DNA of 64,000 nucleotides from Azolla caroliniana (Eukaryota; Plantae; Polypodiophyta): positions 15,624,001-15,688,000 of the forward strand of contig JBHGNT010000015.1 in assembly GCA_043228905.1 (NCBI GenBank). Reading direction: 5' to 3'. Below, in pieces: positions 27,337 through 41,064 of the stretch. Position 1 is the first letter of the stretch, and every line of letters starts with the position of its first letter. The translations under genes and the position numbers were made by a program. Below the pieces are notes generated by a model. The model was not told where the DNA came from. It was given only the letters and a program-made list of their open reading frames with translations, and ran no database searches.

Positions 27337-29349
27337 CCATAGCCTTCCTATATGTACATGTAACATATTTTGAGCTAAAGTGCGACACCTCCAACACCAC
27401 CATACATTTCACGACTCTCCTCTATTGATTCTTCCCTGCCTTCAGAGAACCTGACTATAGAACTCGCACACATCCTTCTCTCAGCCGCGATAAGTAGCTT
27501 CCCATCCACGATTTGGGCCCATCTCTGCTCTATATGAGCAAGTCTCTGGGTGGTGCGTCAAATGCCCAAGTAGCCTCTCTGATTGCTTCACCAGCACCAT
27601 TGGCGTAAAACAGGGTAGGCCCCCCTATCATCGACTCTTTTTGGGATCTACCTTCATGAGATCGCTGATTTTATTGCTCGTAAGGGAGGCAACGGAGTAG
27701 CCATTGGGGGCACGCAAGTTAGTCTCTTACTCTATGTTGACGACATATTTTTGCTCTCAGAGTCTGAACACGACCTACAAAAGCACCGTAATGCCCTAGA
27801 TGACTTTTGGCACACACTGAGGATTGGTGGTGAATCTAACAAAAACTAAAGCCCTTATCTTTCACGCATCGTCTCGAGTTAGGAGTAAGTGTCACCTACT
27901 ACTCTCTCATAAAGTAGTTGAGGTAGTTGGATTGTATGTATATATGGGAGTCACTTTTAGTGCTCGTTTAGGTCAATTCTCGATGACCCAAGCAACCAAA
28001 TATAGGCTAATGAGAAGGTATGCATCCCTCTCACTCTTAGAGAGACAATGCCACTAGGCATACTTTCAAGAGCCACAAACTAAGGGATGGCTCTTTGACT
28101 CGTTAGTGACCCCTTCACTCATGTATGCATAAGTAGTATGGGCTCCAGGTCTACCGTCCTTCATGTGGACACAATTAGAGAGACCTTTGCTGATGATGTT
28201 ATCACGTCAACTCCGAAGCAAATCGACAGTACCACGTGACATTATTAGAGCGGAGTTCAATATGCCCCCAATGTTAGTAGAAGCACTATTCCAATTGGTA
28301 GTTTTTCTTCATGGGATACATAGCCAACCGCAAAATAGGATATCCCGTTATGCTTTTGAGGCATCCCGATCCCTATATGAGTTCGGAGATAGTAGCTCTT
28401 GGTATAGAATTGTAGTGCATTGGTTACTTGCAAATGGCATAGACATTAATAACCTGCCACCCCTTAAAGTACAACCATGGGACTGATCAAACTTTAATCT
28501 CTCGTGAGGACCATAATAAAGTAATACGCCAAGAAATCAGGCAAATTTATACATGATATAAATGGATCATCCCACGAGAGCCACTCCCATCTAAAATGTT
28601 GTACTATAAGGAACACTTCATGCACTTCTCTAAGCTAGGTTTTGTTACACAACAAAAATATCTAGATACATTCTTGACTAATGCACTAAGGGTGGCCATT
28701 GGACAACTTAGGATATCATCTCACCAACTTGAGATTGAGAATGGTCGTACTAACGGAGTCCCTAGAGAGGAAAGGTTATGTAGGTTATGTTACATAGAGA
28801 TAGAGGATGAGTATCACTTTACATGCAAGTGTCCAACTTATGCCGAGATAAGGGCGAAATACCAAGACATACTGGGACCCTCTCCCACCCTCTCCAAACT
28901 ATTAGATACCTCGGATATAACGAGACTAGGTAGGTATATCTTAGAGCTAAAACAACATAGGGAGGAAAAACTACAAAATGTTAACCATAATCATTTTAAT
29001 ATTCACCAACATGTAACTAATACAATTTTTCAAGAACAAGGGGAGACGATGAATGTGGACACACCTACACCACTCGGTCTCTCTCTTCGGGAAGCAGAAA
29101 TGCAAAGCACAACCAAACGCCCTCAGATGTCGAGCTTCAAAGCAACTCGACGTGGAGTAGAAACAATTAAGAAGATAAGGGAACGTGAGCTACGCCGCCT
29201 AGCAATTATGGTTGTGGTATCTTTTACATTGGGACCACGGGTCACCCCCACATTGAAACCCTTTGACCTCCCAATTCTTTTCGAGAGACTTGGATGGAAA
29301 TGAAACTAGGCCTAGTATAAAGTCATTTCCTTATAGAACATGTTTTTTC
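27337..29349 (+). mobile_element. 5'-truncated LINE (RT and C-terminal Cys/His domain)
   Basis: GVKQG at ~27603, LLLYVDDIFLL at ~27725, LVVNLTKTK, then QLRISSHQLEIENGR...RLCRLCYIEIEDEYHFTCKCPTY in ORF 28596-29303; preceded by (CT)n. Confidence 0.85.
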
Positions 29350-32337
29350 ATACGCTTATACCAAAGAGACGACACAAGATGTTTACATGGAAAACCCTAA
29401 TAGGGCAAAACCACGGGAGCCCATAGTCTCCAACCATCACTACAAGAGGAGAGGGTACAATATGAGACTCAGAGGCAACAACCTCAAGCTCTATATCTTC
29501 GCCAACCGACGGTTACAACAGAAACTTATTCAGCTTCTCTTCCCTCTCTCTATATATATACAACAATGATACAACCACACACACACACACATATACATGG
29601 AGATTGCCCTAGGTCATATTTATACTTATATGACTTTAGGACTATTTACAAATATAGCCTTTACAGGCACACCTGAAACATATTTATAGATATGTCCCTA
29701 GATCCGGTTAACACCGGATCCATTCGGATACCTTCCGGTCCGGTCCGGTTCCTTCCTTTGGCACGTCCGATTCGGCTCCTCCAGTTCTCATCCATATCCA
29801 ATCCGGAGGGACCGAATTCCCAACAAAGTCGCCCTTCACTCCGGCATAGGATTTCTCGTTAGTTCGATCTGTCTCCGACACGTGTCCAGTTTGTCGGCTG
29901 ACAACACCTTGGTCAGCATATAAGACCCGTTCTTCTCCGTGTGGATCTTCGTAAGCACGAAATCTTGATCTTCTACCTTCTCTCGGAGCCAGTGATATCT
30001 TCTATGGATGTGCTTGGTCCGGGAATGGTAGGCTTGCATTCTTTGCAAGGTGGATGGCACTTTTGCTATCGCAATAGAGTCGGCATTCCTCCTGTTGGAT
30101 CCTTTACTCCCCGATGAAGTTCTTCATCCAAATTACTTCCTTGCTCGCTTCCACGGCTGCCATGTACTCCGCTTCCGTTGTTGACAGTGCAACGGACTTC
30201 TGCATCCTCGACTGCCACGATACAGCTCCCCCTACATATGTCATGGCATATCCAGATGTGGATGGGTTGGTATCCACATCAGCTGACATATCCGAATCTG
30301 TAAAGCCTTCCAGTTCAGGGTTACCTGAGCTGAATCAGAGGCCCATACTCGAGGTGCCTTTCAAGTACCAGAGTATCCACTTGACCGCGGTCCAATGTTC
30401 TCTTCCCGGATTGCTCATGAACCGGCTGACCACTCTGACAACAAATTTGATATCTGGTCGGGTACACACCATTGCGTACATCAAGCTTCCAATGACAAAG
30501 GCATATGGTATCTTCATCATGTCTGATTTCTCTACCTTTGTCTTCGGACTCTGCTTTCCGAACAACTTGCAGTTTGTCGGAAGTGTCGACCCGACCGGCT
30601 TCATATCCGACATGTTGAACCGTTGGAGCACCTTTATCACGTACTTCTCTTGTGACAGCCACAATAGCTTCTTCGTCCAGTCTCGGGTTATATGCATCCC
30701 CAATATCTGTCTTGCCGGACCCAAGTCTTTCATTGAGAAGGTCTGATTCAAGGCCTTCTTCAGCATCCCGATTTTGGTTCAGTTCGGTCCGACGATCAAC
30801 ATGTCATCCACATACATTAGGAGTATCAGGAAGTCTCCGCCGTTGAATTTCTTCACAAACACGTAGTGATCGGCTTGCGTCTTGTGCTACCCTTGGTCGG
30901 TGATGAAGGAATCGAACTTCCGGTACCATTGCTAGGGAGCTTGCTTTAGTCCGTATAGGCTCTTCTTCAACTGGCACACCAAGTGCTCCTTCCCTTTCTT
31001 CTCAAATCCTTCCGATTGTTGCATGTAGATGTCTTCTTCGAGGTCGCCATGTAGGAATGCCATCTTCACGTCCAATTGCTTTACCTTGAGGTCCAGGCTT
31101 GCCGTAATGGTCAACACCGTCCGGATGGAGGTCATCTTTACTACCAAGGCAAAGATCTCGTTGAAATCCACTCCTTTTTTCTGTTGAAACCCCTTTGCCA
31201 TGATCCGAGCGTTGTACCTTGGTGGATTTCCAGTGTCTCCCGGTTTCAACTTGTACACCCCCTTGTTCCAGAGTGCTCTCTTTCCTTTCGGCAACTCCGT
31301 CAGTTCATATGCGTGGTTCTAATGTAGGGAATCCATCTCGTCCTGCATGGCACTTAACCACTTGCAATTGTGGATGTCTTTCTTTTCTTCTTCGAAGCTT
31401 TCCGGCTCCCCTTTATCGGTTAGCAACACATGCTCTACATCTGGAAATCTCTGGGGGGCTCTTCTCTCTATGAGAGAATATCTTCTTCCTTGGTTCTCGA
31501 CTACTAGTTCCTCCGTTTGTTCTTCATCCGAATCTGATTCAGGGTCTTATCCAGTTCCGGTGTCATGATCTTCTTTTTCTTCAATCTATTCGGTCTCTTG
31601 TCTGACTTTGGCCGATTCTTCGAGTGTTATCTGACTTTCGGCTGGATGGGTCTCGTTGGTCGATCCAAACTATGCTATCTTTTTCTTCGACTCCTAGTCG
31701 GCAATACTCTTGTCTTCCATGAAGACTATGTCCCGACTCTGGAACACCTTCTTATCAACCAAATCCCACACTCGGTATCCAAACTCATCATCACCGTATC
31801 CAAGGAATATGCATGGTCGGGACTCCGGATCCAACTTTGCTCTCTTGTCCTTTACAACATGCACATAGGCGAGACAACCAAAAACCTTCAGATGCTGGTA
31901 AGACACGTCTTTACTGGTCCATACCCTCTGTGGTGTGTCTCCTTCCAAGGGTGTTGAAGGTGATATGTTAATCATGTACGTCGTCGTCATCAACTCCCCA
32001 GTCCAGAACGTCTTGGACAACTTTGCATGTGCTAGTATGCTTCAAACTCTCTCCATTCTAGTCCGGTTCATTTGTTCAACCAGTCCGTTCAGTTCCGATG
32101 TCTTCAACATGGTGAATTCGAGCCGGATCCCCTTCGATTGGCAGTGCTCCTCGAACTGCCCCCAATATTCGCCTTCGTTATCTAGTCAAACTACCTTTAG
32201 CTTGCGATCGGTTTCCCTTTCCACTCTCGCATGGAAGTCCTTGAAGACGAAGAGCACTTGGTCCTTCCTCTTCAACAGTGAGACCCACAACTTCCGGTTG
32301 TGGTCGTCTATGAACGTCACGAAGTACTGCGATCCAA

Positions 32338-33101
32338 TGTCGTGAAGATTTTCGGCAATGGTGTGAAAATCACATAAAACGTACAAAATCGAGTATGAAT
32401 CACATAAAACAATAATAGTGAAGATAACATTTTAAATAAGTTTAATATCTAAGTACAAAATGATGGAGGACTTCAAGAGCTTTAGAATGCACTTTACTAC
32501 ACGAGAAATGGATAACTAGATGTCAAGATATGAGGGTATAAAGTTTGTGAAAGGAAAAGAGAAAACTGTGAGATATCCCACATAGGCACGACAAATACGG
32601 CTCTCATCATATATAAGGTAGAGCAAAAGCTATTATCTTTGTGTCTATGTGAGGAGCACACATGTTCCGGAGACTTGGGCAGTTCAAGCCAACGTGGCAA
32701 CGTGAGACCCAAGAGATGGACGGTGGTGTTACCCATGTAGGACACTCCATTTGGAGACTTGGGCAGTTGCATTGAGAACCAACGTGGGACCCAAGAGATA
32801 GACGGTAAGAGTGATGTATGAAAAGGATCCATGTATGAACTAAGAAATTAATGAGAAGAAAAGTCATTGATGATATATCTTGTTTCTTAAATCAAGAGTT
32901 AAAATCTTAATCTCAATATCTCTCTCTTTGCCATATGAATCTTTCTCAATCTAAGTCAAGCGTTTAATCTTAATCTCTTTCTCTCTCTCAATCTATCCTA
33001 AATACTTTCTCACTAAGCTTGGTGCGAACTTCGATCCTTCCAGTCCAGAACCCCGGCGGTTCCGCCTCGCGATCCGCGCCTAGTGACGGATCTTCACGAC
33101 A
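32338..33101. mobile_element. Solo LTR inserted in the copia integrase
   Basis: Perfect 12-bp inverted termini tgtcgtgaagat...atcttcacgaca; splits the integrase SHAG|SQYFV; flanks ccaa / ccgg suggest a mutated 4-bp TSD. Confidence 0.85.
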
Positions 33102-33815
33102 CCGGCATGTGACTTCGTGTCCACTTGACACATATCGGTATGCACCAGCTCCAATGGTGCATTCCGTCTCATCGGTGTTCTTGACCGGAAGGAGGTTCGG
33201 TTTTGCTTGCCGGCCAAGCAATCGGTGCACTTCTCAAGATGCACATCTTTCACATCCAGAATGAGGTTATCTTCGGCAAGTCTTCTCATCCCCGTCTAGC
33301 TCATATGGCACAGTCTCTTGTGCCACAACACATCGGCAGCGTCAGACGCTATGTTCACTTCTTCCCGGCATATCCGGGCATGCATTAGGTACAATGTGTT
33401 GATCTTCCGGGCTCGAGCCACAATCAAGCTCCCTTTGTTGAACGTCATGACTCTGTTCCAGATGCTACCCGTGTAGCCTTCATCATCTAGCCGACCGGCT
33501 AATATCAGGTTCAATCAAACCTTCGGAACATGTCGAACATCCTTCAGCAAAAACTTGCATCTGGTTGATGTCGTCAACAACACATCTCCTATGCTAACAA
33601 TTCGGCATGTACCTTCATTCCCCATCCGGACACAGTAGTGATCTCCGGTTGTGTAGGATGAGAAGCATTTCCAATTCGGTGTCATTGGAACGATGCTCCG
33701 GAATCGACAACCCACGTTGCCTCGTCGTTGACAAGGTTTAACTCATTCTCCTTGGTGATGAGCAACGATTCTTCTTCACTTATCGCAATCGGCGACATTC
33801 CTTTCCGATCCGGAC

Positions 33816-34512
33816 TGACGGGAACTCAAGGCTCCTTATGTCCGACGCTCGGCCACAACCGAGATTCTTTTCATACACAGAAAACGGGAAACAAATGCAC
33901 GACACAAAAGGAGAGGAAAAGTAGACAGGATGTTTACGTGGAAAACCCAAACTGAGGGAAAAACCACGGCAGCCCACAGGCTGCAAACTATCACTATATT
34001 GGAATGTACAAACAGTGAGTTCACGGAGGCAACGACCTCGTGCTCACGATCTTCGCCACAGGCGGCGGTTACAACAGAGGCAACGACCTCGTTCTCTCTC
34101 TCACTCAACCTGTACACAGTTACACGCTCTCTCTTCTTGCACCAACAAGAAAATGACAACAACAACTAAAAGTTTGCCCTAAGTCATATTTATACTAATA
34201 TGACTTTTCGGCTATTTACAAATGTAGCCACGATGGACTATCAGAAACATATTTACCAATATGTCTCTTCATCCGGTTCATACCGGGTCTGCACCATCCG
34301 GCTCTCCGTAGCCGGGTACTCTTCATCCGGTTCATACCGGGTCTGCACCATCCGGCTCTCCGTAGCCGGGTACTCCACATCCGGTTCTCACCGGGTCTGC
34401 ACCATCCGGCTCTCCGTAGCCGGGTACTCCTCTTCCGGTTTCGGCCTCGACCGAGATTGTTCGTCGGCACTGTTCTTCTTCCTTCCCATCCAGAGGGACC
34501 TATCTCCCAACA
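33816..34512 (-). mobile_element. Solo LTR of a related copia family inserted between gag and protease
   Basis: TG..CA ends; perfect 5-bp TSD cggac at 33811-33815 and 34513-34517. Shares motifs with the host LTR (gatgtttac.tggaaaaccc, ttgcccta.gtcatatttatact). Contains 3 copies of a 54-bp repeat at ~34266-34430. Confidence 0.9.
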
Positions 34513-37500
34513 CGGACCTCTCCGGTTCGAACCCTAAACCTTGAACTCTTCTTCGAATTGGTGGTGTTGGCCCCTTTCTCTTTCCGGAAATGCCGACAAT
34601 TCTTTTGGAAGTGCCCCAACTTCCCACATTAGAAGCAAGTAGGCCTCCCCCTTGACTTTGACCTTGTCCCCGATTTGTCCCGGTTTTGGGGACTCTGATT
34701 TCGGTCTCTTCCCCAGTTATAGTCATCTTCCGTAACCAAGGCCTTCGGGTCGGTTCTGGACTCCCGGTCCTTCCGGCGAGCTTCTTCATCCAGCAAGCTT
34801 GATTTTACCCTTGTTAGGGACAACTGCTTTCCTTCCAGCCCAACGTTGCTCAAAGTGACAACTAATGTCTCCCAACTATCCGAGAGGGAACTGTGCAGGG
34901 GCAATGCAAGTACCTCGTCGTCCAGGGGTACTTCAAGCAAAGTTGTTTGATTTATGAGCCCCTAGAATGCGTTCATATGCTCCGCCATGCTGGATCCGTC
35001 ATGGTAGAGGAGTCTCACTAACTTTTGGAATACCGAAACTCGATTTATGACGTTTTTACTCTCCAACATGGTGTCGATTTTCTCCTAGAGCACATGAGCC
35101 TTGCTTTCTTCATTAAAGTTGTTGTACAGGCTCATGTCGGGGAAGCCAGAGATCTTTGACCACGAGCATGTCCCTCATCTTCGACTTCCACATTGGGTAG
35201 TTGGAGCCGGTGAGCTTGAACATGCTTCCGAATGACTCTTCCATTTTCTTGTTCGCTCTGATATTAGTTTGAGAGGAATAGAGCTCGACCACAACCGAGC
35301 CTTAAACTTAATGAAAGAACAAAACAAAAATGGAGGTTCGTACGCTTACACCGAATAGACGACACATGATGTTTACATGGAAAACCCTAATAGGGCAAAA
35401 CCACGGGAGCCCACAGTCTCTAACTATCACTACAAGAGGAGGGGGTACGATATGAGACTCAGAGGCAACAACCTAGAGCTCTGTATCTTCGCCAACCGGC
35501 GGTTACAACAAAAACTGATTCAACTTCTCTTCCCTCTGTCTCTCTCTTTATACAACAATGATACAACCACACACACACACACATACATGGTGATTGCCCT
35601 AGGTCATATTTATACTTGTATGACTTTAGGACTATATACAAATATAGCCTTTACAGGCACACCTGAAACATATTTACAGATATGTCCCTAGATCCGGTTA
35701 ACATCGAATCCATCTGGATACCTTCCGATCCGGTCTAGTTCCTTCCTTCAACACATCCGATCCGGCTCCTCCGGAGGGACCGAAATCCCAACAATTTTTT
35801 GGTTGTTTATTGAAACACTTGGATGATAGTAGTGTGAATGTCATATTCTTCATGTCTTTAATTTTTTTTCTTCATTTCTTCCCTCTTCTTCGAGCTATGT
35901 CATACTTATTTTTGCTTCTTCATTCAAGTAGTTTTGAGCATTGCCCACCATAAATATGACATCACACGCATTGCTTGAAAGTTCCATAACCCGTTCTTAA
36001 AACTCTGTGGACCATATGCCATATATTATTGAGGAATTTCTTTGAGTTTTTTTACTTCCAAAACATGGATGGAAAATGTCCACACTCAAACCCATTGTTT
36101 TCACAACTAAAGTAGATGAAGCATTGACATTCATCGGTCCCATGCGTTCAATTATTCGTTTATGGTGAATATCATCTAAATGAACTATATGGTTGCTTAT
36201 TTGCCTAGGCTTTCGACAATAACTAAGCATGACTTATGACAACCCATAAGGCTCTAAAATTGTTATGCAATATGTGTTGTGAATATTTCCATCACTAACT
36301 AAATGCAATCTCACTCATACTTTGCCTAGATTAATTAATTTGTTGAGAGTACACAGCTACATGTTTCTCTTTTGCCACTCGTCCTTATGAGTAAATGAGG
36401 CGGGGGAATCGAATGCCAACATGCTCCTCAATATACTTGGTTGTATTTGACTATGCATTGCATAAAATAAATACTTCCTTTTATACGTGGGAATGCAAAT
36501 TTATATAACATGAATTGTAATTATGACTCATTGAGGTTTCTTATCTACCCACCTTTCACAACTATACATTCTAGAGACGTGGGTATGGATGAGGCTAACT
36601 CGAGCCTATCCATGTGTGATTCTTCAAAATCACCAAATGTATAATCATATTTCAATTGACAATAATCATACATGGCCTCGTCTAAACGCTAAATGCACTT
36701 TTGTGACACATATATGCCCAATCATTTTGAGCCTACTATATGTATACATTGCAATAACGCGAATGAAATTTCTAATCAGTTTTTTGTTTTGTGGATGAAA
36801 CAATCAAAATGTATGAGAAAATAAGAATTTGGTAGAAAAATCAGTTAGTTTGTGTTAAACTGTGTACCACACTTGATAAATTTTCTCATCGCTCTCTCCT
36901 ACAAGTGTATTTTGTATAGTCTTTGTTGCACTTCCAAATTCAATAGTTGTGCAATACTTACAAACTAATATGAAGAAAGCACAATATTGAGGGTGTGACT
37001 AGGAAGAGCACAAGGGTTGTCTCAACACGCGCATCATGAACTCATACCTCTTACCTTTGGCTCTTTATCAACATCCCGCATTCTACCAATTTCCTACGCA
37101 AGCCAATTAGGCCTCACTCCTTGGTGTTGTAGCTTGTAATATGTCAAGAAAGGACTTTGACCATTCCTTTTGTTTCATTGTCATGAATTTTAGTAGTTGG
37201 ATTATCACAATGCCCACTCTCTCCCTCTCAATATTAAGTGGTATAAAAGGCAAAAAGAATGCAATAGAGATAATGTATTATCGATGATAGCGAATGAAAT
37301 AGAGATCATGTATTATAGATCACGTATTTAATAGCTAAATGTCTTTCCAGTAGATGCTCCTTCTTTCTATTACAATGGTCAATATTTACATATTTTTGGT
37401 GATGGGATGGCATCGTGTCCTAGCGGTGGTGACATTTGGATGTATTTAGTGGGGAGTAGTTGCTTCTGCCTCCTTCTTTGGGCAAGGCTGGGCAGCACAT

Positions 37501-37708
37501 AAAACAGCCTTTGCTAAGAAAAGGATAATATATGTATATATACACACACACATACATGTATGTATGTAATAATGTATGTATACATACATTTATGTACATA
37601 TATATGTATGTATGTATGTATATATAATAAAACAGAGCTTTTGTTAAGAAAGGAGAACCTCCTCCTCTTGCCTGCCTTATCTCTCTGAAGGAAGAAGAGG
37701 CAGCAGCC

Positions 37709-39863
37709 ATGGAGGAGCCACATCGACCGAGCCAGAGAGAAGAGAAAGCAGGTCTCTCTGTGAGACCTTCTTTCCCATTCATTCTTCCTAGGTTCCCTCC
37801 TCTCCCTCCCCTTAACAAGTGCCACGAGAACTGGCAGCAAAAGCACCAGTTGCTGGTGACAGAGCTGCAAGGGTGTGTGCAAAGGCTCTGTTTGGCTTTG
37901 GAGGAGTGCAAGAGCTCTCTCCTCTCTAGATTCCATGTATTTCTCCTTTCCATCGATTCACATCCTCAACAGGTAAGCATCTAAGGCATGTATGTATATG
38001 TATGTGTGTGTGTGTATTTATGTATGTCTGTGTGTGTGTATATATATTTATGTATGTATGTATGTATGTATGTATGTATGTATGTGTGTGTGTGTGTGTG
38101 TGTATTTATGTATGTATGTATGTATGCATGCATGTATCCTTTCCATAGATTCACATTCTCAACAAGTAAGCATGCAATGCATGTAACCATTGGTTTTAGT
38201 CATGTGTATGCAGATGTTGCATTCCGATGAATTAGTTCTAATATAATTTTACCATTCAATTGCTATGAATCGCCACACACGATTGGCTCATTGATGTCCG
38301 GAAATTTATCAGACATAACATTTAAGTAGAGTACATGGGTGCATTTGTATACATGACCACAGATATTAGTTATTTTGGCACAGAATCATAATTCAAACCG
38401 CATGTATGTATATGTATCCTTGTGAATCACCATATACCAATGTTTGGTTGATGGCCTAAAAATGTGCCTACATATGTAGGTTTCAGTAGGTAATTCAAAT
38501 AGATGCATTCCTACAAATGAACACAATTGCTGTTGATACAAAATTATAAATTAAATTACATGTTCTTTTCACCTTCCGCACATACCATTAATCGATTGAT
38601 GGCTATATGTAGGTAATTTGTATGGTTTTTTTCATAGCTTATTGCACTTGTGCATGTCGATAAATGTCTTCCGCAAATCTCACGTGCATAATGCATGACA
38701 CATCATGAGGAATGCGATAATTGACAATGGGTGAGAGTGCATCTTATCTATTCTGATATGCAGAGGGGACAGGATAGATTTGTCATGTGTACATTGTTGT
38801 AGAATACTCAGCATAAAATACGTGTAGAATATGTATGATAAGTATTCTAACTTTTTTTAAAAAATAATTAGAATACATATTTTATAGATAAAATATGTTA
38901 AATACTTTGAATATGTGTAGAATACTTTAAATACATAGACTACTTGTAAAATACATTAAATACTTCTCAAAATTTGAAGTTTTTTTTCAAGGAAAAATAA
39001 TTTAAAAAATTGTAAAACTTTTTTGAAGTGATAAATACTTGTTAAATGCGTAGAATATGTCAAAATTTTAGAATACGTGAAATTTTGAAAAATGGCAGGT
39101 CTAAGATGTAGAATACGTGTAGAATACCTCAGAGTATTCTAAAACGTATTCTAAATGCAGAATACGCGTTTTTTCACAACTATGCATGTGTATAACGTAT
39201 ACAATGTTCAGTGTATCATGTGGAGTGTGACATTCATTGACAAGGGTGAGTGTCTATCTATCTATTTCTTGATATCAGAGATGGTGGGCGCTGGAGTTGC
39301 CACGCCCTCATTCTCACCGTAGACATGAATTATCAAACTACAACTTTGCAGCCATTTTGCCTGGCGATTCGGTCGCAGGTCTGGTTGCTGCGAATGGGGT
39401 GCTCAACTTCCTCAACATCTACAACACTTTGTTAGTTGTGAGACTCATCTTAACTTGGTTTCCGCAACCTCCTCAAATCATAGCAAACCCTCTAAGGTGC
39501 CTTATACATATTTTCTCATTTGGCGAAAACTGTTTCTTTTGTTGTCTTAGTCTATACATATGGCGGTAATCTCACCATCTTAACTCTTTTTGTAGCACAA
39601 TTTGCGATCCATACTTGAACATATTCCGAGGTATAATTCCACCGTTGGGGGGGACCATTGATCTTTCACCTATTTTGGCTTTCCTAGTCCTCAATGCCTT
39701 CACGAACGCTGCAACTGCACTACCGGCAGAGCTTCCCGGTACTACTTCAACACCAGAAGCAATGGCAGCAAACAGGCAGCAACAATTAGGGTTTCCAAGC
39801 TTAACGGGCATCCAAAAGGCATGGCTTAAGAGGCAAGGGGTTTTAACAACTAAAAAAGCATAA
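37709..39863 (+). CDS. YLMG2: YGGT/YlmG-family plastid membrane protein (YLMG2-like), ~249 aa, 3 exons
   Basis: Exons 37709-37972, 39279-39496 and 39596-39863, GT-AG and in phase. GDSVAGLVAANGVLNFLNIYNTLLVVRLILTWFP...STICDPYLNIFRGIIPPLGGTIDLSPILAFLVLNAF is the YGGT signature. Confidence 0.93.
38792..39184. mobile_element. hAT-type MITE in YLMG2 intron 1
   Basis: TIR cattgttgt...acaactatg (1 mismatch); perfect 8-bp TSD catgtgta at 38784-38791 and 39185-39192; internal (t)agaatac motif repeated many times. Confidence 0.88.
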
Positions 39864-41064
39864 GTCTCCCACTGTACTTGTTTTTTTAGAAGTTACTTAT
39901 TTGGATTTTAATGACACCACTACAAGTATCTCCTCATTCTAGGATGTGGATGATTGAGAAGCAACAAAAATAGGATAAAATTCAAATATTAGTAACAAAA
40001 CATAATGTACATCCACAAACAATATATATTTATCATCAAGCTCAGAGGGCACATCGGCTATTCTTGTTGTACACTTGTCGTACAAACATTAAAGGCATTT
40101 TCTTATGCAAGGAGGTGCTGTAGTTATGAGATTTGGCCATTGTTGTACACTTCAGACATTTATGTATAGGTATTATATGATAATGTTTTTTGGCTCAAGT
40201 TTTGCGTGCCATAACCACTTTGGCTTTCCTTGTTACAATATAAAGTGCTTCCACCATTAGTGTCTTCATTTTGACTTCATATTCTCTGAGAAATTCTCAT
40301 TAAAAACATTTCTCACCTCTAACTTGTATGTAGGTTGATGTGCTTTGTAGATTTTGGTAAGAAGGCAAAAAGTGTAGGGTTTTCTTTCTGTGTTGAAATG
40401 GGGCATTAGAGTAATTAGATCTTGGAGATATCGAATATACAATAGACATGCATTACAATTAAGTATCCTATGAATTGTTTTTGTCATTCTCATATGTTAT
40501 ATGTTAGTTTCTTGATCATAATTGAATATGGGGAGAATTCGTCCCTCATGCATATTTGAATACATTCATCGAAATGATATCCATGTCACATGACTTGTAG
40601 ACATTAAGATAAATGGTAATTATGAATTTAATGATGTCTAATTCATGAGACTTGGTGCAAGTGGTCAAATAAGTTTGAATCAAAATGCAAAGGAAAGCAT
40701 AAGTACTTCAAGTCATGAATGTCCATATAAATAAAGTCAAACAAAGAGTGTACTTAAAACCTTATCGAATTGGCCTAAGGTTTAAGGTTTTTCTTAAGAT
40801 TAACGGTTGGTATATTGAGTATTGCCATTATTGCATGTGGATGAGAACGTAGAAGAGCATATGAGGAGATTGCTTGGCTTTCTTCTATAGAATTGTCATT
40901 ATATTGTATCAATTATCTAAAAGAGAAGAGAGCCATGAGCTCATAACACCTAATTGTATGTAAGAGCCACATTTAAATGTTTTGGCTAGATTCATGTGAA
41001 CTTGTAAATGAAAAGAAGGAAGGTTTAAGATGGGTTTTAAGGCTTTGGAATCATGGATGCCTTC

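Larger units (their letters stand above)
29350..35793 (-). mobile_element. Ty1/copia LTR retrotransposon, near full length, degenerate, with two solo-LTR insertions
   Basis: 5' LTR 35270-35793; degenerate PBS gctctgatatta at 35255-35266. Gag ATG at 35244 (MEESFGSMFKLTGSNYPMWK), zinc knuckle, protease WVVDSGAS, integrase, RT (QLDVKMAFLHG, LKKSLYGLKQAP, YVDDML) and RNase H. PPT gagtgaaggg on minus; 3' LTR 29350-29825. Confidence 0.93.

Noticed and set aside
30114-32345. Long plus-strand ORFs (210, 130 and 136 aa)
   Set aside because: Antisense shadows of copia pol.
35800-36450. Possible DNA-transposase remnant (similar impression at ~15900-16450 and ~24100-25100)
   Set aside because: Looks like decayed coding sequence, but no diagnostic motif or boundary could be supported.
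37420-38230. Several ORFs rich in YIHT/CVCM
   Set aside because: Translations of (TATG)n/(TG)n microsatellites or antisense of YLMG2 exon 1.
39211-39245. Extra small YLMG2 exon (ttcag|...aagg|gtgagt)
   Set aside because: The following intron would be only ~33 nt, and the three-exon model is already in frame.
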